DNA of 64,000 bases from assembly GCA_965223905.1 (NCBI GenBank), contig CBDCXV010000011.1:1632001-1696000 (forward strand). The letters are read 5' to 3'. Source of the DNA: Candidatus Latescibacterota bacterium. Lineage in GTDB: Bacteria > Latescibacterota > UBA2968 > UBA8231. The number at the start of each line of letters is the position of its first letter. Position 1 is the first letter of the stretch. Shown piece by piece: positions 21,294 through 30,559 of this stretch. The notes under the pieces are model-generated. The model was given only the letters and a program-made list of their open reading frames with translations. It did no database searches and was not told where the DNA came from. The translations under genes were made by a program, and so were the position numbers.

Positions 21294-22019
21294 ATGACCG
21301 AGACCGCGGCGAACACCGGAAACGGCAAGACGGCGCTGATCCGCACCGTGGGGCTGCGCAAGGTCTACACCACCGAGGAGGTGGAGACGACCGCCCTCGA
21401 CAACGTCAACCTCGAGATCGCCGACGGGGAGTTCGCCGCCATCATGGGGCCGTCCGGCTGCGGCAAGTCGACGCTGCTCAACCTGCTCGGCCTGCTCGAC
21501 AACCCGACCGGAGGGGAATACTGGCTGCTGGAGGAAGAGGTCTCCACCTACTCCGAGCGCCTGCGGGCGAACCTGCGCAAGGGGACGATCGGCTTCGTCT
21601 TCCAGTCGTACAACCTGATCAACGAGCTGACCGTCCATGAGAACGTCGAGCTGCCCCTGCTCTACATGGGCCTGCCGGGCCGGGAGCGCAGGGAGCGGGT
21701 GGGGTCGATCCTCGACCAGATGCAGATCACCCACCGCGGCAAGCACTTTCCGCAGCAGTTGTCCGGCGGCCAGCAGCAGCGCGTGGCGGTGGCGAGAGCC
21801 CTGGTCTCCGAGCCGAAGCTGGTGCTCGCCGACGAGCCGACGGGCAACCTCGACTCGCGCCACGGGGACGAGGTCATGGAGATGCTCACCGAGATGAACC
21901 GGAGCGGCACCACGGTGGTGATGGTGACACACTCGCCGGCCTACGCCGACTTCGCCCACCGGGTCATCCACCTGTTCGACGGAAGGGTCGTGACCGAGAA
22001 CATCGCCAGGGAGCGCTGA
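21294..22019 (+). CDS. ABC transporter ATP-binding protein (MacB/LolD-like)
   Basis: [31 protein letters not shown]. Confidence 0.95.
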   Translation: MTETAANTGNGKTALIRTVGLRKVYTTEEVETTALDNVNLEIADGEFAAIMGPSGCGKSTLLNLLGLLDNPTGGEYWLLEEEVSTYSERLRANLRKGTIGFVFQSYNLINELTVHENVELPLLYMGLPGRERRERVGSILDQMQITHRGKHFPQQLSGGQQQRVAVARALVSEPKLVLADEPTGNLDSRHGDEVMEMLTEMNRSGTTVVMVTHSPAYADFAHRVIHLFDGRVVTENIARER

Positions 22020-22054
22020 AGCCGGCGACCCGGGGAATTGCAAGGAACGGGACC

Positions 22055-24619
22055 ATGTGGAAGAGCAACCTGATCATTGCCCTGCGCGTGCTGGGACGCA
22101 ACAGGGCGATCTCGCTGATCAACATCGTCGGACTGTCCGCGGCCCTGGCGGTGGTGGTGCTGTGTCTGCTGTTCGTGCGCCATGAGACCTCCTTCGACAC
22201 TTGGCACGAAAAGGGCGACCGGATCTTCTACGTCCATTTAGAAGATCAGGACCCTGGGGCTGATTTTGGCAGCTTCAAGAGGAACACCGCCTGGATACGT
22301 CCCGGATTTCGCGAGGCGGTGCGCACGAACGTCCCAGGTATCGGCGAATCGATCCTGATGAACCGGTGGAACTGTATGGTTTCGACCGGCGAGACGACTT
22401 TCCAGGAGAAACTCCTCGCTGTAGATCCGGCCTTCCTCACCCTGTTCACCCTCCCGCTGGCCGCCGGGGACGCCGCGACCGCCCTCGACGATCCCCACAG
22501 TGTCGTCCTCGGCCACGAGACGGCACAGACGTACTTCGGCTCCGACGTTTCCCCCCGCGCCATGCTGGGGAAGCGCCTCCGGATGCACGTCGTCCTTCAT
22601 AAACTGGAAACGACTCCGGAGATGGAAACGCATCACACTCCTACTCATACCCATACTCATACTCTTCCTACGTGGAAAGACACGACTGTTGAGATGGAAC
22701 TCACTATCGCTGGAGTGCTGGCTCCTCTGCCCGGGCCTTCAATTCTGCATACCGATGTATTTGTACCCACCGCAACAACCGATGAGCTGCAAATTACGGG
22801 CACAGAGCTGGTTGCGGGCACAGGCGGGCTGTTTATAGAGATCGAAGAGGGCGTGAAACCGAAGGAAATGGAAACACGACTGGCACCTCTGGCGGGCGAG
22901 GACCAAATCTTCAATATCCGACTCGACCTGGTACCTCTTCAGGGGGCACACTTTGGACCCGAAATACAGGGAGCTTTCGCCAGCATCGGCAGCGGCAAGA
23001 TCGAGCACTGCTACCTGCTGGCCGGGCTGGCCGCCGTCGTGCTGCTGATCGCCGCCATCAACTTCGTCAACCTCGCCCTGGGCCGGGCCATGACGCGGAC
23101 GCTCGAAGTCGGCCTGCGCAAGGCGATCGGCGCCACCCGCCCCCAGCTCTCCATCCAATTCCTCGCCGAAGCCATCGTCGTCAGCCTGATCGCCGTCGCC
23201 GGAGGCATGGCCCTGGCCGAATTACTGCTGCCTGCCTTCAACCAAGCCGTGTCCCGGCAGCTCGAGCTCGAGTGGCTGTCCATCGAGACCGGGACAGGCG
23301 CTGTGACCCTGGCCTTGTTGGTCGGCGTTTTCTCGGGCTTCTACCCCGCCCAGGTCATCTCCCGGATTCACCCGGTTCGTGCCCTCTCCAGGAAGGTGCC
23401 CCAACTCGGCCGCGGCCGCATCGGCCGCGGTCTCATCGTCCTGCAGTTCGCCCTGTCGGCCTTCCTCGTCGTGGTGACGGTCACCATGGAACGGCAACTC
23501 GATTTCATGCGCACAAACCTGGGGTTCGACGGCGACCAGGTTGTATCGATCCGCAGCAAAGACTCTCTCAAAGCTTTGCAGATCGAGCGTCTCGCCGGCG
23601 AGATCGATTCCCGGCCGGGACTGGTCAGGGGGGTCGCCGGCACTCGGCCGACACTTGGCACTGGCTTCAATATCCCTATTTCAATCCAACTCGGTGAAAA
23701 CACCATTCGCGCCACAGGTTTCCACGTAAGTCCGGATTTCCTGCGCGTCATGGGAATCGATCTCCTCTCCGGGCAAGGCTTTGGCCGGAGCGACGAGCCC
23801 CGTCTGCGAAGCGGCATCCTCCTCAACGAGACCGCAGCCCGCCTCCTGGGACCCGAGGACCTGATCGGCCGCACCCTGACTATACGCCAATTCCGCCAAT
23901 TCGTTTCGGGTGGATTTATGATTGTAGACGGGAGTCTCTTCGGGGAAATGCCGGGAGGTGATGATGATGTAGTGATGACGGTCATCGGAATTGTCGAGGA
24001 TTTCCACTACGAGGACATGCGCCACACCGTAGGGCCGGCCTTCCTGACCGCGGTCGAGCCCGGATTGCAGGGAGACGTCAGGTTCACAACCCTTTTCCGG
24101 CTCGACCGCGTCGACCTGCCTGCAGCCGTCGAGGAAGTGAAGGCGCTGTGGGAACGGGTGCTGCCGGAGCATGAATTGGAGGAAGTGCGCTTCCTCGACG
24201 AAGCCTTCGCAGCGAGATACGAAACCGAACGGCGGGTCGGCACGGTCATGAAGTGGATAAGCGCGATCGCCCTGATCATCTCCTGCATGGGACTCGTCGG
24301 GCTCGCCGCCCTCGCCGCGGCGCGGCGCACCCGGGAAATCGGCATCCGCAAGGTCCTCGGGGCTACCACCGGCAGCGTCCTGCTGCTGATGTCGCGCGAG
24401 TTCGGATGGCTCGTGGTGGCCGCCAACGCCATCGCCTTGCCCGTCGCCTTCTTTGTCCTCGACCGCTGGCTCGCCTTCTACGCCTACCGCATCGACCAGA
24501 GCCCGGAATGGTTCGCGCTGGCAGGTGCCGGCGTCCTCGCCGTCGCCCTGGCGACCGTCAGCGGACAGACCTGGCTGGCGGCGCGGACCAACCCTGCGGA
24601 TGCGCTGAGGTACGAGTAG
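22055..24619 (+). CDS. ABC transporter permease (duplicated MacB-PCD/FtsX), paralog 1
   Basis: INIVGLS, AINFVNL, EVGLRKAIGA, RRTREIGIRKVLGA, NPADALRYE. Confidence 0.93.
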   Translation: MWKSNLIIALRVLGRNRAISLINIVGLSAALAVVVLCLLFVRHETSFDTWHEKGDRIFYVHLEDQDPGADFGSFKRNTAWIRPGFREAVRTNVPGIGESILMNRWNCMVSTGETTFQEKLLAVDPAFLTLFTLPLAAGDAATALDDPHSVVLGHETAQTYFGSDVSPRAMLGKRLRMHVVLHKLETTPEMETHHTPTHTHTHTLPTWKDTTVEMELTIAGVLAPLPGPSILHTDVFVPTATTDELQITGTELVAGTGGLFIEIEEGVKPKEMETRLAPLAGEDQIFNIRLDLVPLQGAHFGPEIQGAFASIGSGKIEHCYLLAGLAAVVLLIAAINFVNLALGRAMTRTLEVGLRKAIGATRPQLSIQFLAEAIVVSLIAVAGGMALAELLLPAFNQAVSRQLELEWLSIETGTGAVTLALLVGVFSGFYPAQVISRIHPVRALSRKVPQLGRGRIGRGLIVLQFALSAFLVVVTVTMERQLDFMRTNLGFDGDQVVSIRSKDSLKALQIERLAGEIDSRPGLVRGVAGTRPTLGTGFNIPISIQLGENTIRATGFHVSPDFLRVMGIDLLSGQGFGRSDEPRLRSGILLNETAARLLGPEDLIGRTLTIRQFRQFVSGGFMIVDGSLFGEMPGGDDDVVMTVIGIVEDFHYEDMRHTVGPAFLTAVEPGLQGDVRFTTLFRLDRVDLPAAVEEVKALWERVLPEHELEEVRFLDEAFAARYETERRVGTVMKWISAIALIISCMGLVGLAALAAARRTREIGIRKVLGATTGSVLLLMSREFGWLVVAANAIALPVAFFVLDRWLAFYAYRIDQSPEWFALAGAGVLAVALATVSGQTWLAARTNPADALRYE

Positions 24620-24691
24620 AGAGAAGGATGACCGCGAACATAGCCAGGGAGCGCTGAAGCCGGCGACCCTGGGAACTCAAGGAACGGGACT

Positions 24692-27145
24692 ATGTGGAAG
24701 AGCAACCTGATCATTGCCCTGCGCGTGCTGGGACGCAACAGGACGATCTCGCTGATCAACATCGTCGGACTGTCCGCCGCCCTGGCGGTGGTCGTGCTGT
24801 GTCTGCTGTTCGTGCGCCACGAGACCTCCTACGACTCATGGCACGAAAAGGGGGACCGGATCTTTCTCATCTACTTTGAATTTGAACGCCTGGATCCTGA
24901 CGACCTCTTCAACGACAGCACGATGCTACGTCCCGAGCTGCGTGAGGCAGTGCGCACTACAGTCGCCGGCATTCGGGAATCGGTCCACACGCACCGTGCA
25001 TCCGGCAAGGTCTCGTACGGCGAGGCAACCTTCTGGGAATCTTTCCTCGCTGTCGATCCGGCCTTCCTCACCCTGTTCACCCTGCCGCTGGCCGCCGGCG
25101 ATCCGGCTACCGCCCTTGTCGACCCCCAGGGTGTCGTCCTCGCCCATAAAACGGCGCAGAAATACTTCGGACCCGATGTTCCAGTCCATTCCATGCTGGG
25201 GGAGCGCATCCGGCTGCACGTCGTCCATCAGGATCACACGACGTCACCACCGAAGGAGACGCCTATCCAGGTGGAACGCACCATCGCGGGGGTGCTGGCC
25301 CCTCTGCCGGGGCCTTCTATTCTGCATCTGGATATTCTCGTGCCTACGGCAACGGTCGAGGAGCTGCAATTAATACGCGACAAAAACGGGCTCATTACTG
25401 TACTCGGCATAAACGGGCTGTTCATCGAACTCGAAGACGGGGTAGAGCCGGCCGAAATGGAAGCACTGCTGGCGACGCTGGCCATCGATTACAAATACAT
25501 GGGCGGAAAGGTCCTACCCAAGCTGCTACCCCTCCAAGGCGCTCACTTCGGACCCGAAATAGAAGCGCCCGCCCGCATCGGCCACGGCAAGATCGAGCAC
25601 TGCTACCTGCTGGCCGGGCTGGCCGTGGTCGTGTTGCTGATCGCGGCCATCAACTTCGTCAACCTCGCCCTGGGACGCGCCATGACGCGGACTCTCGAAG
25701 TCGGCCTGCGCAAGGCGATCGGCGCCACCCGCCACCAGCTCTCCAACCAGTTCCTCGCCGAGGCCATCGTCGTCAGCCTGATCGCCGTCGCCGGGGGCAT
25801 GGCCCTGGCCGAAATGCTCCTGCCCGCCTTCAACCAGGTCGTGCATCGACAACTCGATCTCGAATGGCTGTCCGTCAAGACCGGGACATACGCCTTGACC
25901 CTGGCTCTCCTGGTCGGCGTTCTCTCGGGCCTGTACCCGGCCCAGGTCATCGGCCGGCTTCACCCGATCCGGGCCCTTTACGGAAAGGCGCCACAGCTTG
26001 GCCGAGGCCGCATCGGCCGCGGTCTGATCCTCCTGCAGTTCGCCCTGTCGACCTTTCTCGTCGTGGTGACGATCACCATGGAGCGGCAGCTCAATTTCAT
26101 GCGCACCAATCTGGGGTTCGATGGCGACCGGGTGGTGCTGGCTCACAGTAACGGCGGTCTTGACGCTTTGCAGATTGAACGCCTCGCCGGCGAGATCGAT
26201 TCCCGGCCCGGACTTGTCAAAGGGGTCGCCGGTACTTCGGCCGCACCCGGCACTGGTGGCGAGTTCCCCAAACCATTCCAGCTCGGTGGGAATACGTTCC
26301 ACCTCAAGCCCTTCCGCGTAAGTCCGGATTTCCTGCGCGTCATGGGGATCGATCTCCTTTCCGGGCAAGGCTTCGGCCAAAGCGACGAGCCCGGTCGGCC
26401 GCTCGGCATCCTCCTCAACAAGACCGCGGCGCGTCTCCTGGGACCCGAGGACCCGATCGGCCGCACCCTGACGGTTCCCTATGCTGTTGATGTGCCGATA
26501 TCGGTGATCGGCATTGTCGAGGATTTCCACTACGAAGACATGCGCCACACCGTGGGGCCGGCCCTCCTGACTACGCTCATGTCGGGAAGGCCGGGAAACG
26601 ACAGGTTCCGGCACATCCTGTTCCGGCTCGATCACCGCGATCTTCCCGCGGCGCTCGAGGAGGTAAGGGCGTTGTGGAAGCGGGTTTTGCCGGAGTACGA
26701 GTTACAGGGCGTGAGCTTCCTCGACGACGCCTTCGCAGCGAGATACGAAACCGAGCGTCGCGTCGGCACGGTCATGAAGTGGATAAGCGCGATCGCCCTG
26801 GTCATCTCCTGCATGGGACTCGTCGGGCTCGCCGCCCTCGCCGCGGCCCGGCGCACCCGGGAAATCGGCATCCGCAAGGTCCTCGGGGCCACCACCGGCA
26901 GCGTCCTGCTGCTGATGTCACGCGAGTTCGGCTGGCTCGTGGTGGCGGCCAACGCCATCGCCTGGCCCCTTGCCTTCTTCGTCCTCGACCGCTGGCTCGC
27001 CTTCTACGCCTACCGCATCGACCAAAGCCCGGAATGGTTCGCGCTGGCAGGTGCCGGCGTCCTCGCCGTCGCCCTGGCGACCGTCAGCGGACAGACCTGG
27101 CTGGCGGCGCGGACCAACCCGGCGGATGCGTTGAGGTACGAGTAG
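24692..27145 (+). CDS. ABC transporter permease, paralog 2 (recent tandem duplicate of paralog 1)
   Basis: Same motifs. The 5' and 3' ends are near-identical to 22055-24619 at the DNA level. Confidence 0.93.
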   Translation: MWKSNLIIALRVLGRNRTISLINIVGLSAALAVVVLCLLFVRHETSYDSWHEKGDRIFLIYFEFERLDPDDLFNDSTMLRPELREAVRTTVAGIRESVHTHRASGKVSYGEATFWESFLAVDPAFLTLFTLPLAAGDPATALVDPQGVVLAHKTAQKYFGPDVPVHSMLGERIRLHVVHQDHTTSPPKETPIQVERTIAGVLAPLPGPSILHLDILVPTATVEELQLIRDKNGLITVLGINGLFIELEDGVEPAEMEALLATLAIDYKYMGGKVLPKLLPLQGAHFGPEIEAPARIGHGKIEHCYLLAGLAVVVLLIAAINFVNLALGRAMTRTLEVGLRKAIGATRHQLSNQFLAEAIVVSLIAVAGGMALAEMLLPAFNQVVHRQLDLEWLSVKTGTYALTLALLVGVLSGLYPAQVIGRLHPIRALYGKAPQLGRGRIGRGLILLQFALSTFLVVVTITMERQLNFMRTNLGFDGDRVVLAHSNGGLDALQIERLAGEIDSRPGLVKGVAGTSAAPGTGGEFPKPFQLGGNTFHLKPFRVSPDFLRVMGIDLLSGQGFGQSDEPGRPLGILLNKTAARLLGPEDPIGRTLTVPYAVDVPISVIGIVEDFHYEDMRHTVGPALLTTLMSGRPGNDRFRHILFRLDHRDLPAALEEVRALWKRVLPEYELQGVSFLDDAFAARYETERRVGTVMKWISAIALVISCMGLVGLAALAAARRTREIGIRKVLGATTGSVLLLMSREFGWLVVAANAIAWPLAFFVLDRWLAFYAYRIDQSPEWFALAGAGVLAVALATVSGQTWLAARTNPADALRYE

Positions 27146-27281
27146 AGGGAATGGTCGTGACTCGGCACATCTCGAAGGTGCTGGAACGCAAACCCGGACA
27201 GGGCTGCGTTCCGGAAGGGAACCGCCGTGCAATGTCCAGGCGCCGACGCAGGATGCACGGACCCCGACGAAAGGAGCCCTC

Positions 27282-29704
27282 ATGCTGGCCAACTATCTGA
27301 CCACCGCCCTTCGCCACCTTTGGAGAGAGCGCGGCTACGCGGCGATCAACCTCTTCGGGCTGGCCGTCGGCCTGGCCCTCTGCCTGCTGGTCATCCAGTT
27401 GGCCGCCTATCAGCTCTCCGTCGGCGATTTCCACAAGGAAAAGAACAGGGTTTTCCGCGTCATCGAGAAAAAGGACCCGCGCGATTGGCCGGCTGATTTG
27501 GGATTGCGCTCGGCAACTCTGCCGCTACCTCTTGGGCCGACCCTGAAGGAGCGAATGCCCGAAGTCGAGGAAACAGTCCGCATCGCCGGGGAGGCGCCGC
27601 GTCTTCTCAGAGTCGGAGACAAGAATGGGATTCGTGTGAGCGGGGTTCGTTGGGCAGAATCCAGTGTTTTCGAAATGTTCAGCTTGTCTCTCCTGCGTGG
27701 CGACCCCAAGACCGCTTTGTCGCGCCCCTACACCATGGTGCTGACCGAACCTCTGGCCCGGCGGCTCTTTGGAGAGGACGATCCCATGGGCCAGATCGTC
27801 CGCTACAACGAAGCCATCGATTGCACGGTTACCGGCGTCGTCGGCCAACTGCCCTCCAACTCATTGCTGCAGTTCTCGGCCCTGCTCTCCTTGGCCACTG
27901 TGCACCACACGCAAAGGGAAGAGGATTTGGGCTGGAAGACTTATGCCTACGAGACCTTCGTGCAGCTGAATCCCAATGCAGATGCCGCTACGGTAGCCGA
28001 GCGGATTTCAGATATCGTTCAGGAAGCCAGGGGGTTGCCCGAAGCTACCGATTCCTACTCGCTGCAGCCTTTGAAATCGATCTATTTCGACACGGAATTT
28101 TCCAACGGCATCGGCCCGAGTGGCAACCCCATGCACCTCGCTTTGTTCGCCACCCTGGCAATGGTGCTCCTGACGCTCGCCGGGTTCAACTACGTGAACC
28201 TGGCGACGGCGCGGGCCCAGGGACGGATACACGAAATAGGCGTGCGCAAGGCCCTCGGCGCCCATCGCGCCCAGCTCATTCGTCAACTTCTGGGCGAGTC
28301 GGTACTGCTGAGCGTCGGGGCCACGTTGCTTGGCGTTGCCATGGCAGAAACAGTGGCTCCGTTCCTGCCTGCGATTGGGGAATTCGATTTTGAACGGTCA
28401 CCCCGCTGGACTATCTCGACCTGCGCCGGGGCTGCGGTGCTGGCGATAGCGGTCGGACTGGCAGCGGGCGCCTACCCGGCATGGGTCGTGGCATGCTTTC
28501 AGCCGGCGGTCTTGGAGCGCGGGGGCCGCCTCGGCGGCGCGCGCCTGCGCCGGGGTCTAGTAGTGGCGCAGTTCACCGTTACTGCGACGTTGATGACGAT
28601 GACGCTGTTGATATGGCACCAAGTCAATTTCATCCAGAACCTGCTCCGCGAGAACTCCGTCCTGGGGCTGGAGCCGGAACAGGTTGTCATCGTCCACAAC
28701 CGCCATAGCGGCGGCCTGACCGCAGACCAGGCCCGAGCTTTCAAAGCTGAGTTGCTTCAAGACAGCCGTATCGCCGCGGTGAGTCTCTCTACGACAGTAC
28801 CTGGTCAGGGTGTTCGCAACGGAGGTACATCATCAGAGGGGAGGGGGAAATATCGATAAGCGAGTATGAAGCAGATAGCGACTTCATTGAGATCATGGGA
28901 TTGCGCATGGTCCAGGGACGCCCCCTGACCGATGCGCCGGCCGACGCCAATGCGGTCGTGATAAATGAGACCGCCGTGCGCTGGCTGGAATTTGAAGAAC
29001 CCCTGGGAAAGACGATCCCCGACGGCTTCCTTCGCCGCTTCATTCCCGGCCCCGATGGCCATGTCCACGGCCTGGAGAGGCCCGTCGTGGGGGTGATCGA
29101 GGATTTCCACTTCCGGGGTCCGCGCTACAAGGTTGAACCCCTGGTCATAGCACAACTCGACGAAAGGGTGGGAGTCATTATCGTGCGGGTGCAATCCGGC
29201 CACCTCGAAGAAGCCCTCAAAGTGATTGACGACAAGTGGTCCGCCGCCGCTCCCTACCTCCCCATCCAGCGCCATTCCCTGGAAGAGGTCGTCGCCAAAC
29301 TCCATTCCGACGAACAGAGGGTGGGACGCACACTCGCCCTCCTTCTCTTTTCGGCCCTCGCCGTAGCCTCGGTAGGGCTCTTCGGGCTGGCCGCCCACGC
29401 CGCTCAAGCACGAACCAGAGAAATCGGCATCCGCAAGGTGTTCGGCGGCTCACCAGGCCGCATCGCCGCCATGCTGATTCGCGACTTCGCCAAACCCGTT
29501 GCCATCGCCTTCCTCCTCAGCGTGCCAATCGCTTACGGGTTGGCCGACCACTGGCTGCAGGACTTCGCCTATCGCGTGGAAATCGGCGTGGCCCTGTTCA
29601 TGGTGTCGGGGGCTCTGTCATTCGTCATCGCCGGGCTGACGGTTGGCGGCCAGGCTATGCGGGCGGCCCTGGCCAACCCCGCAAGAACCCTGCACACGAA
29701 GTAA
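27282..29704 (+). pseudogene. ABC transporter permease, paralog 3, single frameshift
   Basis: ORFs 27282-28859 and 28895-29704 are the two halves of one permease. They join near 28812 (TVPGQG|SQRRYIIRGEGEISISEYEADSDFIEIMGL). Confidence 0.85.
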
Positions 29705-29723
29705 CCGCCAAGAGGAGACCGCC

Positions 29724-30398
29724 ATGATCGAGATGCACGACATCGAGAAGTACCACCGGACCGGCTCCCTCAAGACCTACGTGCTGCGCCATGTGCACCT
29801 GACCGTCGCCGAGGGGGAATTCCTGTCGATCATGGGGCCGAGCGGGGCCGGCAAGTCGACGCTGCTGCACATCATGGGCATGCTCGACGATCCGACCGCC
29901 GGCGAGTACCGGTTCCTCGGCAAACAGGTGGCCGGGCTGAGCGAAAAGGAGCGCACCGAGGTGCACCGGCGGCACATCGGTTTCGTCTTCCAGGCCTATC
30001 ACCTGATCGACGAGCAGACGGTGTACGAAAACCTGGAGATGCCGCTGCTCTACCAGCAGGTGAAGAGGTCCGAGCGCAAGGCGCGGGTGAGCGAGCTGCT
30101 CGACCGCTTCCAGATGGTGGCCAAGAAGGACCTGTTCCCGCACCAGCTCTCCGGCGGCGAGCAGCAGCGCGTCGGCGTCGCGCGCGCCCTGATCGGCCGG
30201 CCGGGGCTGATCCTCGCAGACGAGCCCACGGGCAACCTCAACTCCAAACAGGGGGACGAGGTGATGGCCATGCTGCGGGAGCTGAACGACGAGGGCACGA
30301 CGATCGTCCAGGTGACCCACTCGGAGAAGAACGCCGGCTACGGCAGCCGGGTGGTGCATCTGTTGGACGGCAAGATAGAACGAGAGGGAAGGTGCTGA
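29724..30398 (+). CDS. Second ABC transporter ATP-binding protein
   Basis: RBS AGAGGAG, start MIEMHDIEK; [31 protein letters not shown]. Confidence 0.95.
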   Translation: MIEMHDIEKYHRTGSLKTYVLRHVHLTVAEGEFLSIMGPSGAGKSTLLHIMGMLDDPTAGEYRFLGKQVAGLSEKERTEVHRRHIGFVFQAYHLIDEQTVYENLEMPLLYQQVKRSERKARVSELLDRFQMVAKKDLFPHQLSGGEQQRVGVARALIGRPGLILADEPTGNLNSKQGDEVMAMLRELNDEGTTIVQVTHSEKNAGYGSRVVHLLDGKIEREGRC

Positions 30399-30400
30399 CC

Positions 30401-30559
30401 ATGCTGCGCAACTATCTCCTGATTACCCTGCGCAACCTCCGCCGGCAAAAGCTGTATTCGACGATCAATGCAACGGGCCCAGCAATCGGCATGGGGGCTG
30501 CGAGGCTCGATCGCAACAAAAGACCAGAGAATTCAGGATGCTGCGCAGTTACGTCGTAA
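30401..30559 (+). pseudogene. 5' stub of a deleted ABC permease
   Basis: Translates MLRNYLLITLRNLRRQKLYSTINATGPAIGMGA, the permease N-terminal signature, then loses similarity and stops. Confidence 0.75.

Noticed and set aside
22055-27145. Diversity-generating retroelement as the cause of permease variability
   Set aside because: No reverse transcriptase or template repeat is in the window, and the differences include indels and are not obviously adenine-restricted.
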